64,000 nt of DNA from an uncultured Rickettsiales bacterium (GCA_964654855.1 CAZZJS010000001.1:17772-81771); one strand, 5' to 3'; positions 8,488 through 18,496 are shown, counted from the stretch's first letter. Program-made: numbers and translations. The notes: generated by a model not told the origin, from the letters alone.

Positions 8488-9030
8488 TTAGGCTGTTTTC
8501 TGCCGATAATCCTGTGTTGCTGCTGCTATTCCAAAATTAGAATCCAATGAGATACCCATTTGCTCTGCTAGCATTTTGATAATCGCCATATGGTGCACAG
8601 CATGTTCCATTACATAATGGAGTTCACGATAAAATGTTGTAGGAAACTCAACCATCGGCTGTCCTGCCGTGAGGACGCTCTGCATAATAAGCGGTTTATC
8701 TTCTGACGTGTATGTCTGAATATTTATCGCTATTTCTTCTAATACTCTTATAGATCCTTCGGAAGAGGTTTCGAGTTCTAGGTTCCGCTTGCGCTTATCA
8801 TAGCAAAGTTGCTCCACACTGTCCGCTTTCATGGTTCGAATAAGCTCTTGATAGAACTCAATTACATGACGAAAATGCATGCCAATGGTTCCTTTGTCTT
8901 CACCTTTTGGACGAGTCGTTAAACGTAAATCGTCTAATTGATAAAGGGCATCAGTCAACTGACTGATCACGGCGAGATTCGCCGTGATCAGCTTATGAGA
9001 AAGTAAACTTTGATTCATTATAGAAAACAA
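8488..9030 (-). CDS. DinB-like putative metal-dependent enzyme
   Basis: About 175 aa and predicted helical. His-containing motifs HFRHVIEFY and MEHAVHHMAI are spaced as in the DinB/YfiT family. The start codon is uncertain (alternative MNQS at 9018). Confidence 0.6.
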   Translation of the reverse strand: MFSIMNQSLLSHKLITANLAVISQLTDALYQLDDLRLTTRPKGEDKGTIGMHFRHVIEFYQELIRTMKADSVEQLCYDKRKRNLELETSSEGSIRVLEEIAINIQTYTSEDKPLIMQSVLTAGQPMVEFPTTFYRELHYVMEHAVHHMAIIKMLAEQMGISLDSNFGIAAATQDYRQKTA

Positions 9031-9041
9031 TGTTAGTTTTT

Positions 9042-9497
9042 TTAGCTTCCGTCAAGTTCGGCGCGATATTTTTTGTCCGCTGAGGGAATTAATTCTGCAC
9101 GGCGTGGCTCCCACTTATTGGCAATATCTTGATTATAGTTAAGATATAGTTTGCCATTCGTGATATTCCAAACTTTCGGATCACCTTTTACAAAATTATC
9201 GTGTGCAACCGCCCAAGCGCAATAACCGCCATATTGAGGGGCATATTTCTCAGGGTTTGCTTTAAATTTATTTAAGTTCGCTTGTGAAGAAAAGAGCCAA
9301 TCAGCACCTTTCCACTTTGTTTTAAATTCTTTGCTACCTTTGACAGGGCCGCCGTTACTAAAGTATGAGACGGTATCATACCCACCCACAGCCTTATTAC
9401 TAAAAGTACCTGTATAGATGGGTGATGCAGCGAAAGCCTGACCCGCAAAAGTTAAAAAGCCCAAAAGGCTCAATAGAAATGTAAATTGTTTAAGCAT
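9042..9497 (-). CDS. YHS domain-containing secreted protein
   Basis: Signal peptide ...FAGQAFA. YHS-type motifs GGYDTVSYF and YGGYCAWAVA are present. It resembles the family in which the Cys of the GGYC motif is selenocysteine in some members; here it is Cys. Confidence 0.75.
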   Translation of the reverse strand: MLKQFTFLLSLLGFLTFAGQAFAASPIYTGTFSNKAVGGYDTVSYFSNGGPVKGSKEFKTKWKGADWLFSSQANLNKFKANPEKYAPQYGGYCAWAVAHDNFVKGDPKVWNITNGKLYLNYNQDIANKWEPRRAELIPSADKKYRAELDGS

Positions 9498-9713
9498 TAG
9501 ATAGTCTCCTTGGTTAAATTGCTTACTCGGTACTTCGCAGGCAATATCAATATTATTACGCTTTATTTGGAATTTTTATCAGAAAACTCATCTATAAACA
9601 TAAGCAAACAGTTGTCTACCGCTAATCAGATCCTTCATTACTATTTTGTAATGTAATATTCTTTTAAGACCCTCGAAGAATGAATTGCTAAAACAATGAT
9701 CGAGGGTATCAAA

Positions 9714-9908
9714 ATGAACGTAACACGAGTCAATTCTATTAATTCTTATTATAACTTTTTAAACAACAGAGCGGTTCCAGCTAGAGGAGAGTCTCAGCAT
9801 TACCGAGCTTCAACAAATAGTCACCGCTTTGACACAGACATTATTACATTGTCTGCAGAAGCAATTGATTTTTTACAATCCGAGCGTACGACTATTACTA
9901 GTCTTTAG
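9714..9908 (+). CDS. Small hypothetical protein (64 aa), doubtful
   Basis: GAGGG lies 7 nt upstream of the ATG at 9714. The C-terminal DIITLSAEAIDFL resembles the FlgM core motif, but the ORF ends right after it. The 3' end overlaps the convergent NRPS stop by 11 nt. Confidence 0.3.
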   Translation: MNVTRVNSINSYYNFLNNRAVPARGESQHYRASTNSHRFDTDIITLSAEAIDFLQSERTTITSL

Positions 9909-12900
9909 AGGCAATCAGCTGGGTTAAGTAAGAAATATAATGTCGGCTGAGTTCTTCTATTGTTTCCGTATTGAAGCGACTATTACTGTAAGTAAAGTGC
10001 AGCTTTAGGCACTTATTGACAATCGCTGCTTCGATATAGAGTCCATAACATAGAGGATTACTCGGCGCTGATGAAACTATCCCAGCTGGTTCGCCTTGAG
10101 GAGTAATAGATAAGCCTTCAGGTAATAATGCGTCAATTTGACTCACATAGTTAAAGAAGAGTTGCGGTGTTGGGTGCTGGGTAATAGCTGAGTCTCTCGC
10201 AGTATAACGCAATAAATTGTAAGCTTCATTTCGTGCAGGAATTTGTTCGAGCTGCTGTTTGATAGCATCAACATCACCCACTTCCAGATAGGCTGGGTAG
10301 ACTGTATTCACCCATCCCACAGTACGCGATAGATTAATGCCATCAGATCCATTACGTCCATGCCCACAGAGGTTGACCAGCATTTCTGATTTGCCTGTCC
10401 ATTCTCGAATAGTCTGACTTAGGGCAGTGAGCAAAGTATCTTGAATTTGCCACCCTTTCTCTGCAGGTAAATCTTTCAGCAGCGCGCCAGTGAGAGATTC
10501 GTCCAGTGTGGTTTTATGTGTATGAGCAGAAGCTTCATCAGCTGTATCATCCACTCTATCGTAAGGTAGCTCCGGTACGGGGTGCATTTTTGCGCTACCC
10601 CAATAGGCCAGCTCTTGCGTGAAATCATCTGTTTCAATTTGCTGCCGTTGCGCTTCGGTCAATTGTTGTATTGAGGTGGTTTTAGCCGCTAATTCCATTT
10701 CTATACCCAACCGAGCGCCTTCATAGCTTTTGAGGAAGTCTTCAAAAATAAGGCGCGAAGAGACCATATCCAGCAGCAAGTGATGCGCGATAATGGCGAG
10801 TTTTCCGCTTTCCTCTCCGGTTTTAAAATGGATAATTCGCAATAATGGCGCAGTCGATAAATCGAGAGATGCTTGCTGTTTATTGATGGTCTCTACCATC
10901 TGAGGTTCTTGCTGCTCGGATGCTAGCGCCGCAATATCGTAAGTGAAGAAATAGGTCACTTGCGGTAGGGTCGAAAGGCATTCTTGCTGCCATTCTCCAT
11001 TCGCATTTTGCGTCAATCGTACCCGCAAATTATCGTGATGCATCAAGACGGTATCAAATGCGGATTTAAGCTGTTCAGGATTGGCGTTATGATCAATATC
11101 AAACCAGAAAAAACGATTCCAGTGATGAGGCTCAACCATACCATCTGCAAAGAATTTTGTTTGGCGTGGTAAGAGTGGATAAGTGCCCTCAATCGCTTCT
11201 TGCGTTGCTTCATTCGCTGCTGCAAAAGGTTGGTCTTGCGCCACGGTTGCTAATTCTGCAATGGTGCGGTGGGTGAAGAGGCTATTGGTTTCTACATAAA
11301 TCCCTTGCTCTTCGGCTGCACATACAAGCTGAATCGCCATGAGCGAGTCGCCGCCCAATTCAAAGAAGCTATCATCCACGCCAATTTTATCTGCTGGCAG
11401 GGTTAGAATCTCTGACCATAATGCGACCAGCTTTGTTTCTGTATCATTACTTGCCGCGCGATAGGCCTTGCGTTTTTGCTGTTTTTGTTCCGGTTTTGGT
11501 AGGGCGTTCCGGTTGATTTTCGCACTGGCGAGTCGTGGGATTTCATCCGCCTCCACATAAAAAGCGGGAGCCATATAAGATGGTAAATTCGCGCAGATAT
11601 GTTTGCGTAACGTTTCTAGCTCGAAGCCTTCTTCAACAACATAATAAGCGGCGAGACGTTTATGTTCGCTACCAATATCAATCACGGCGGTATCTTTAAC
11701 ACCCGCTACTTGTGCCATAACGGCTTCAATCTCTGCCAACTCAATACGGAAGCCGCGAATCTTCACCTGACTATCGATACGCTCTAGATATTCAATTTCG
11801 CCTTGCGAATTAAAACGCGCCAGATCACCGGTTTTATAAAGCCGTGCATTCGTATCTTGCGTGAATGGATCGGCAATAAAACGTTCTGCCGTTAAGTCTG
11901 GCAGATTGACATAACCTTGTGCGACACCAATGCCGCCAATATGCAATTCGCCCGCCACACCCATGGGCATAGGGCGCAATGTTTCATCTAAAATGTAAAG
12001 CGATGTTGCACCTAATGGCCGGCCAATCGGAATAATGGAAGAAGTCGTACTATTCTCACACTTTGTGAAGGCGGAATAAATCGTGCCTTCCGTTGGGCCA
12101 TATACATTATAGAGCGTGCCAGAACATTGCTGATAATAGCGCGTAACCAGGCTTGGCGGCAAGGCTTCCCCTGCTGCAAGCATGTGTTTTAAGCTGCTTA
12201 GCTTACGGTCTTTCAAAACTGCCAGCAAGCTGGTGAGCAGTGAAGGAACCATACAGCTAGTCGTAATCTGATGGGTTTCAATCAGGTCAATCAGATAAGA
12301 CGGATCTTTATAAGATTCGCTATCGGTTAGCACCAAACTTGCCCCAGCACTTAATGGCCAGAAAATCTCCGCAACGGAGACATCAAAGGTAGTATCGGTA
12401 TTTTGCAATATTTTATCAGCTTTAGAGAGAGGGATTTCTTGCTGTAGCCACTTTAGGCGCGGCACTACATTTTCATGCGTTAGGCGTACACCTTTAGGGT
12501 TTCCGGTAGAGCCAGACGTGTAAATAAGATAAGAATCTGCATCTTGCGTTACGGAGGGTAAGTTCTTTGTAGATTGCGATTGCCAACGTTGCTCCTCTAT
12601 CAATAAAGTGGCCACCTCTTCGGCGGGGAGCTTCTCCTTCAAGTTCGTTTGCGTGATGACATGATCACATCCAGAATCTTGCAAAATATAGGCGATGCGC
12701 TTAGCCGGATAATCAGGCGAAAGTGGAACATAAGCCGCGCCGGCTTTCATAATAGCCAGCAAGCTAGTGATAAGATTTGCCCCGCGCTCTAATAGTATGG
12801 CGACTTTATCGCCTTTTTTAACGTCCTCTGCTTGAAGTTGACGCGCCAACTGATTGGCTTGCTCATTGAGTGTTTGATAGGAAAATTGTTTACCGTCTTC

Positions 12901-14379
12901 AATTAGAGCGATGGCATTTGGCTGTTTCGCAGCGGCTTGTTCAAATAAGTCGGTGATTGATGATTTAGCATTGATGTCTAACGCTTTATCAGCTTGCCCC
13001 CATTGGTTTAATAACTTCTTTTCTTGCGTAAGAGACAGCAATAAAAACTCATTTATGCCTCTCTCAGGGTTTTCGATGATTTGTTCAAAAAGACTCTGCA
13101 TTTGCTCGATAAGCTGACTGATAAATTCAGGCTCAAACAAGGCTTGGCGATATTCAAACCATAGGCCAATACAGCCATCTTCCAGATTCTCGTAAGAAAG
13201 AGAGAGGTCATCATTTACATCATTATAGGTCACTTCTAATGGTTCCGACTCAATGCCCTCGATACGCAAATTCACCAGACGTGAGATCGTTTGCGCCATT
13301 GAAAGATTAAACACACGCCCATCAAATTCAGAATTTTCACGGCGAATGCCTCGGACAATCTCTAGCGCGGGAAATTCTTGATGCTGCTTATCGGCCTTGC
13401 GCGAGGCGGAGATACGGTCCACCAGCGCATTGAAAGTAGGGTTGCCCGAACTATCAATGCGTAATGGCACGATATTGACGAAGAAGCCAAAAAGGTGCTT
13501 ATAGCCAGGCGGGCGGATATTGACGGGATAGCCAATGGTCAGATCATCTTGCCCATAGAGCCTGTTTACCATGGTGGCGAGTGCAGCACTTAACACATTA
13601 AAGAAGGTCGTGCGCTGGCTGCGTGCATAGCGTTTAAGTTTGCCAGAGAGTTCTTCCTCTAAATTGAAATAAACACGCTTTCCGCTCTTACTCTCGCTTT
13701 GGGGTGCAATGCCGTGATTGAAATTAACCGTATGCTGCGCTCCTTTGAGACGCTCTTGCCAATAGGTCGCCGCCTCGGGAGTTTCTTTGGGGGGGTGTTC
13801 GGTGAAATATTCATCCCAGCTTTTCTGCGTAGCACCATAGGCTTCTACCAAACCATCGAATCCTTTTTCATAAGCAATCGAAGCTGCCTCTAAAAATAGA
13901 ACCGCAGAAGCGCCATCGGAAATCATATGTGGTACCATACCAATGAAATAATGTACTTCAGGTGCCGTTTTAATAAGCCCCGCATGCACGATAGGAAATT
14001 GCTTTAAGTCAACGGGAGTGGCCACTTTGCGTGCGAGGAAATCAATCGCCTGTTGGTGCTGCTGCGGCGTTTCGTCTGATTGTCCAGGAATCGAAATATC
14101 TTCAAATTCCATCGCGAAAACAGCTTCGGGCTTTTCGCATTGAAAAGGTACGCCTTTTTCTTCCGCGAAATAAATACGCAATGAGCTGAAGAAATTCACC
14201 GCATCATAAAGGGCTTTTTCAAAACGCTCTTTATCAAGTGGCCCCGTCAAACGAAGATTCACGCATGTATTGTAAGAAGTGTTTTTAGGGTGCAGCTTCC
14301 ACTCCACCCACAAGCCTTCTTGCTGCTTGGTGAGCGGATAGCGCTTTTCTTCTAATACGGTATTTTTAAGCGCTGTCAT
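9898..14379 (-). CDS. Non-ribosomal peptide synthetase, single module C-A-T-C
   Basis: N-terminal condensation domain (PHMISDG variant of HHxxxDG). Adenylation cores are LKAGAAYVPL, YTSGSTGNPKG, FDVSV, NVYGPTE, GELHIGG, YKTGD, GRIDSQVKIRGFRIE and the A10 Lys in SAKINR. The thiolation motif is FFELGGDSL. The C-terminal second condensation domain has HHLLLDM. There is no TE domain. Confidence 0.95.
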   Translation of the reverse strand: MTALKNTVLEEKRYPLTKQQEGLWVEWKLHPKNTSYNTCVNLRLTGPLDKERFEKALYDAVNFFSSLRIYFAEEKGVPFQCEKPEAVFAMEFEDISIPGQSDETPQQHQQAIDFLARKVATPVDLKQFPIVHAGLIKTAPEVHYFIGMVPHMISDGASAVLFLEAASIAYEKGFDGLVEAYGATQKSWDEYFTEHPPKETPEAATYWQERLKGAQHTVNFNHGIAPQSESKSGKRVYFNLEEELSGKLKRYARSQRTTFFNVLSAALATMVNRLYGQDDLTIGYPVNIRPPGYKHLFGFFVNIVPLRIDSSGNPTFNALVDRISASRKADKQHQEFPALEIVRGIRRENSEFDGRVFNLSMAQTISRLVNLRIEGIESEPLEVTYNDVNDDLSLSYENLEDGCIGLWFEYRQALFEPEFISQLIEQMQSLFEQIIENPERGINEFLLLSLTQEKKLLNQWGQADKALDINAKSSITDLFEQAAAKQPNAIALIEDGKQFSYQTLNEQANQLARQLQAEDVKKGDKVAILLERGANLITSLLAIMKAGAAYVPLSPDYPAKRIAYILQDSGCDHVITQTNLKEKLPAEEVATLLIEEQRWQSQSTKNLPSVTQDADSYLIYTSGSTGNPKGVRLTHENVVPRLKWLQQEIPLSKADKILQNTDTTFDVSVAEIFWPLSAGASLVLTDSESYKDPSYLIDLIETHQITTSCMVPSLLTSLLAVLKDRKLSSLKHMLAAGEALPPSLVTRYYQQCSGTLYNVYGPTEGTIYSAFTKCENSTTSSIIPIGRPLGATSLYILDETLRPMPMGVAGELHIGGIGVAQGYVNLPDLTAERFIADPFTQDTNARLYKTGDLARFNSQGEIEYLERIDSQVKIRGFRIELAEIEAVMAQVAGVKDTAVIDIGSEHKRLAAYYVVEEGFELETLRKHICANLPSYMAPAFYVEADEIPRLASAKINRNALPKPEQKQQKRKAYRAASNDTETKLVALWSEILTLPADKIGVDDSFFELGGDSLMAIQLVCAAEEQGIYVETNSLFTHRTIAELATVAQDQPFAAANEATQEAIEGTYPLLPRQTKFFADGMVEPHHWNRFFWFDIDHNANPEQLKSAFDTVLMHHDNLRVRLTQNANGEWQQECLSTLPQVTYFFTYDIAALASEQQEPQMVETINKQQASLDLSTAPLLRIIHFKTGEESGKLAIIAHHLLLDMVSSRLIFEDFLKSYEGARLGIEMELAAKTTSIQQLTEAQRQQIETDDFTQELAYWGSAKMHPVPELPYDRVDDTADEASAHTHKTTLDESLTGALLKDLPAEKGWQIQDTLLTALSQTIREWTGKSEMLVNLCGHGRNGSDGINLSRTVGWVNTVYPAYLEVGDVDAIKQQLEQIPARNEAYNLLRYTARDSAITQHPTPQLFFNYVSQIDALLPEGLSITPQGEPAGIVSSAPSNPLCYGLYIEAAIVNKCLKLHFTYSNSRFNTETIEELSRHYISYLTQLIASKD

Positions 14380-14439
14380 GCTCTGATTTCTTTCATGGCT
14401 TTGTGTGTTCTTAGAGTATTATAGTGTGCTGCTTATATC

Positions 14440-15078
14440 TTAAAAACAATCCATCTGATAGATCGCTTCTGCTCTCTTACCCGTTTGATCGCTATCAGTA
14501 AAGAGCATGAGGGCGCGTAAAGGGTAGGGTGGTCTCTCGCCAAATAGTTTGATGAGATCATTTTGCACGTTGCGTGATTCAGTCTGCCATTGCTGCAAAG
14601 GACTTTGTTTATTTTGCAGTAAGATGCGTTTTTGCGTGCCGTGACGATTTTTTGGAGTGTTAAGCACCGCCCCTATCGGATCATTTTGCGCTGCCCATAC
14701 ATAGGATAACATATGAAAATCATTTTTGAAAAAGTCAGAACCTTCATGCTCGCTATAAATTAAATGCACAGAAGCGGCGAAATCTTCATGTTCTTTGCTT
14801 TCAATATCCACTTTAGGGTGCGCCTTTAGAACCTTCCAGCGCCAGTTTAATATGCCGTCATTGAGGCATTTTTGAGGGGTCATTTTCACAAGGCCGCTTG
14901 CAGTTGCTTCACCTGTAATAGCATGAACTCTTTTTTCATCACCTTCTGATTTTAATAGGTATTGAGTGGGCTCGCTTGTGAAGGTAATGACGTCACCCAA
15001 TGGGTGCTTGGTTTGTTCGGGGCCAAAAAACGCACTCAACATGATGAATGAAGCAATTAAGAGAGAGTGTCGCCACAT
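14440..15078 (-). CDS. DUF3047-like secreted protein
   Basis: Signal-like N-terminus MWRHSLLIASFIMLSAFF. The motif LNWRWKVL...EDFAASVHLIY fits the DUF3047 pattern. The start chosen at 15078 lies 1 nt after the arsC stop. Confidence 0.5.
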   Translation of the reverse strand: MWRHSLLIASFIMLSAFFGPEQTKHPLGDVITFTSEPTQYLLKSEGDEKRVHAITGEATASGLVKMTPQKCLNDGILNWRWKVLKAHPKVDIESKEHEDFAASVHLIYSEHEGSDFFKNDFHMLSYVWAAQNDPIGAVLNTPKNRHGTQKRILLQNKQSPLQQWQTESRNVQNDLIKLFGERPPYPLRALMLFTDSDQTGKRAEAIYQMDCF

Positions 15079-15079
15079 A

Positions 15080-15550
15080 TTACAAACTTCCAATCTTCGT
15101 GAGTGCGGCTAAATGTAATCTCTCTGCTTCATCCAAATCCAGAAAGGCTAAGATTCTTTTTTCTAAAATCTTGAAAACACGTAGAAACTCCGCGTGCTTT
15201 TCTTCCTCTGTCCCTTCAAAATAGGCGGGATCTTCGACATCCCAGTGAGTTTTGAGAGCAGAGTTTAGAAAAACAGGGCAGTTTTCATTTGCGGCGGAGC
15301 CACATACCGTCACCACTAAATCAACAGGCTGGGTAATGTTATCCCACGACTTGCTGTGAAAGCCTTGCGTTGAAATTGAATTCGCTTCTAGTGTTTTTAA
15401 AGCTAATGGGTGCACCTTACCAGTCGGTTGGCTACCCGCACTAAAGGCTTTTAATGTCTTAGCGCCATGATGATTCAGCAATGCTTCTGCCATAATGCTA
15501 CGGCATGAATTACCGGTGCATAAAACAAGAATAGAGAGCGGTTGATTCAT
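15080..15550 (-). CDS. arsC: Arsenate reductase, LMW-PTP/thioredoxin-coupled type
   Basis: P-loop CTGNSCRS plus the downstream Cys pair CGSAANENCP reproduce the Cys10/Cys82/Cys89 triad of pI258-type ArsC. A DP motif is also present. Confidence 0.85.
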   Translation of the reverse strand: MNQPLSILVLCTGNSCRSIMAEALLNHHGAKTLKAFSAGSQPTGKVHPLALKTLEANSISTQGFHSKSWDNITQPVDLVVTVCGSAANENCPVFLNSALKTHWDVEDPAYFEGTEEEKHAEFLRVFKILEKRILAFLDLDEAERLHLAALTKIGSL

Positions 15551-15552
15551 TA

Positions 15553-16281
15553 TTACTTAGAATTGAGCTTCCAATTATATTTCAAATAGCCATCTACTTC
15601 AGCATCAGCAGGGACATTTGCATTATATTGACGTAAGAAAGCGACAAGCTCTTTCTCATTACCGAAATCTTCATCGAACCAGTCAAAGATTTTAGACAGT
15701 TTGATATCCTTACCTGTTAGCACCATGCCTTTAGTGGTGTCTTTCAGCAAGAGTTCGGTTTGCTCTTTTAACTGCGATTCCAGCTTATCGGCGCTGTAAG
15801 CTTCGGCACGCAAGTCAGGGCACGAAAGAGACGCACAGTTAATCGCCATATGGATGCGTGGTTCATTCATTTTACGCAAAATTTTATGTTCAATTGCATC
15901 AAGCGTGTATTCTTTGCCATGGAGCGCCCATTTAAACTTTTTCCAGGGATTTTTTAAAACACTCCCAAGATTGCGGATACTATCGGTTTCTTTCTCACGC
16001 GTGATAAGATCAATCGTAAGGAAATTATAAGCATTCATCCAATAGACAAGTTTCTCGCTGCGAGAGGCTGGCACTTTTAAAGTTTGCAGTGCGCTCAGTG
16101 CTTTATTGTGGCGAGCATCATTGCCCCATGCTTGGTAATTTACCAAATTGGCGTTGATACTTTGCTTCTTTCCGGTACTGACATAGTCTTTCAATAAACC
16201 ATCATAAAGCGTTGCAAAATTCTCCGCGGCGTTAGCTGGCAGAGAGAATAGAAGAAAAATAATAAATAAAAATTGTTTCAT
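15553..16281 (-). CDS. DUF547 domain protein (secreted)
   Basis: Signal peptide. Characteristic DUF547 motifs YWMNAYNFLTI and HMAINCASLSCPDL are present. Confidence 0.75.
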   Translation of the reverse strand: MKQFLFIIFLLFSLPANAAENFATLYDGLLKDYVSTGKKQSINANLVNYQAWGNDARHNKALSALQTLKVPASRSEKLVYWMNAYNFLTIDLITREKETDSIRNLGSVLKNPWKKFKWALHGKEYTLDAIEHKILRKMNEPRIHMAINCASLSCPDLRAEAYSADKLESQLKEQTELLLKDTTKGMVLTGKDIKLSKIFDWFDEDFGNEKELVAFLRQYNANVPADAEVDGYLKYNWKLNSK

Positions 16282-16359
16282 GCTCTATCATTCGTTGGTA
16301 ACGAGAAGAACATTACAAGTTTTTGTAATATTTTGAAAGTGGAGAACGAAGCAGCTGGT

Positions 16360-17052
16360 ATGAAACAAAATATTCTTAAAATTGGGTTGGTGCTCGTTGC
16401 GTTAGCAGCGATTATTGGCTTTTTCGCATTTGATTTGCATCAGCATTTTACATTGGAAAATATTAAAGCACAGCGTGAGGGGTGGGGAGCTTTTTACCAA
16501 GAGCATACGTTACTAACCCTCGCTATTTTTGGAGCGATATATGTGACGGTTACGGCTCTATCGTTACCTGCAGCGAGTATTTTAACATTGCTCGCAGGGG
16601 CGTTATTCGGCTTTATCACAGGTTTGATTATGGTGAGCTTTGCAAGCTCGATTGGCGCTACACTTGCTTTTTTAATGGCACGGTTCGTTCTGCGTGATTC
16701 TATCCAGAGTAAATACGGAAAGTATCTCACCAAAATTAATGACGGATTTGAAAAAGAAGGTGCGTTCTATCTATTCGCTTTACGTTTAGTGCCCGCGATG
16801 CCGTTTTTCGTGGTGAATATTTTGATGGGGCTATTGCCAATTAAAACCTTCACTTTTTATTGGGTAAGCCAAATAGGCATGCTCGCAGGTACGGCGGTTT
16901 ATGTTTATGCAGGTACCGAGTTAGGGAAAATTGAAAGCTTGGCCGATATTGCCTCTCCCACTCTAATTGCTGCTTTTATCGCATTGGGAGTTTTCCCTAT
17001 CATCGCAAAGAAACTCCTCGGATTATTACGAAAAGGAAAAACAGATGCCTAA
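16360..17052 (+). CDS. TVP38/TMEM64 (DedA-related) family membrane protein
   Basis: Polytopic membrane protein with the family motif region FGAIYVTVTALSLPAASILTLLAGALFG. The ATG at 16360 is chosen over the longer ORF. The 3' end overlaps the next gene by 8 nt. Confidence 0.85.
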   Translation: MKQNILKIGLVLVALAAIIGFFAFDLHQHFTLENIKAQREGWGAFYQEHTLLTLAIFGAIYVTVTALSLPAASILTLLAGALFGFITGLIMVSFASSIGATLAFLMARFVLRDSIQSKYGKYLTKINDGFEKEGAFYLFALRLVPAMPFFVVNILMGLLPIKTFTFYWVSQIGMLAGTAVYVYAGTELGKIESLADIASPTLIAAFIALGVFPIIAKKLLGLLRKGKTDA

Positions 17053-18472
17053 ATATGATTATAATTTAATTGCCATTGGTGCCGGTGCTGGTGGATTAGT
17101 TTCCACTTATATTGGCGCAGCGGTGAAAGCCAAAGTTGCCCTGATTGAACGCCATAAAATGGGCGGTGATTGCCTCAATACGGGCTGTGTGCCAAGTAAG
17201 GCTTTGCTGCGTTCAGCTAAGATGATGTCTTATGCCAAGCGTGCTGAAGAGTTTGGCTTTAAAAGCACAAAGATCGAGTTTGATTTTGCGGATGTTATGG
17301 CGCGTGTGCAAGATGTCGTTAAAGCGATTGAGCCGCATGATTCGGTTGAGCGTTACGAAGGCCTCGGCGTGAATTGTTATACGGGTGAAGCCAAAATTCT
17401 CGACCCGCATACGGTGGAGGTAAATGGTGAGAAACTTACCGCGCGCGCGATTATTGTTTCTACAGGCGCGCGTCCACTCGTGCCGCCTATTCCGGGTTTA
17501 GCCGATATTGATTATCTCACGAGTGATAATTTATGGAACTTGAAGAAACTTCCTAAGCGCTTGACTGTATTAGGCGGTGGGCCTATCGGCTCCGAAATGG
17601 CGCAAGCTTTTGCACGTTTAGGATCGCGGGTGACAATTGTTGAAATGGCACCGCAAATTTTGATTCGAGAAGATGAAGAGGTGATTGATCTGGCCGTTGA
17701 GCAATTTGAAGCGGATGGCATTACTATTTTGACAGGCCATAAGGCCAAAGCCTTTGAAAAAGGTAAAGTCATTTGTGAGCATGAAGGCAAAGATGTTGAA
17801 GTCGAGTTTGACGAAGTGATTGTAGCGCTTGGTCGTCGCGCCAATGTCAAAGGTTTCGGGCTAGAAGAACTGGGCGTGAAGCTGAGTGATCGCGGTACAA
17901 TTGAAGCGAACCCTTATTTGCAAACCAACATCCCAAGCATTTATGTGTGCGGCGATGTGACAGGCCCTTATCAATTCACCCATACGGCAGCGCATCAAGC
18001 ATGGTATGCTAGCGTAAATGCCTTATTCTCTCCATTTAAGAAGTTCAAAGTTGATTACTCGGTCATCCCTTGGGCGACTTTTACTGACCCTGAAGTGGCG
18101 CGTGTTGGTTTAAATGAGAAAGATGCTAAAGCGCAGAACATTCCTTATGAGGTGACAAAATATGGCATTGATGATTTAGACCGTGCCATTGCCGATAGTA
18201 GCGCTCATGGTTTCGTCAAAGTGTTGACCGTTCCGGGTAAAGATAAGATTCTCGGTGCGACCATCGTTGGGCATCATGCGGGTGATATTATCGCCGAATA
18301 TGTGATGGCGATGAAACATGGGCTTGGCATGAATAAGATTCTCGGTACGATTCATATTTATCCGACCCTTGCCGAAGCCAATAAGTTCGCCGCGGGCGAA
18401 TGGAAAAAAGCTAATGCACCAGAATGGTTGTTAGGATGGGTTGAAAAATTCCATGCATGGCGCCGTAAATAG
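17045..18472 (+). CDS. FAD-dependent pyridine nucleotide-disulfide oxidoreductase (mercuric reductase / lipoamide dehydrogenase-like)
   Basis: GxGxxG motif IAIGAGAGG, redox-active disulfide GGDCLNTGCVPSK, a second NAD(P) fold VLGGGPIGSE, and a C-terminal His...Glu dimer-interface motif HIYPTLAE. Confidence 0.9.
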   Translation: MPKYDYNLIAIGAGAGGLVSTYIGAAVKAKVALIERHKMGGDCLNTGCVPSKALLRSAKMMSYAKRAEEFGFKSTKIEFDFADVMARVQDVVKAIEPHDSVERYEGLGVNCYTGEAKILDPHTVEVNGEKLTARAIIVSTGARPLVPPIPGLADIDYLTSDNLWNLKKLPKRLTVLGGGPIGSEMAQAFARLGSRVTIVEMAPQILIREDEEVIDLAVEQFEADGITILTGHKAKAFEKGKVICEHEGKDVEVEFDEVIVALGRRANVKGFGLEELGVKLSDRGTIEANPYLQTNIPSIYVCGDVTGPYQFTHTAAHQAWYASVNALFSPFKKFKVDYSVIPWATFTDPEVARVGLNEKDAKAQNIPYEVTKYGIDDLDRAIADSSAHGFVKVLTVPGKDKILGATIVGHHAGDIIAEYVMAMKHGLGMNKILGTIHIYPTLAEANKFAAGEWKKANAPEWLLGWVEKFHAWRRK

Positions 18473-18496
18473 AAAAGATCAAACAAAAGGAATATC

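Noticed and set aside
15080-15550. The LMW-PTP-fold gene as the missing Wzb phosphatase for the two Wzc kinases.
   Set aside because: It has the CTGNSCRS P-loop plus the downstream CGx7C pair diagnostic of thioredoxin-coupled ArsC. It sits in the arsenic cluster 17-45 kb from the wzc genes.
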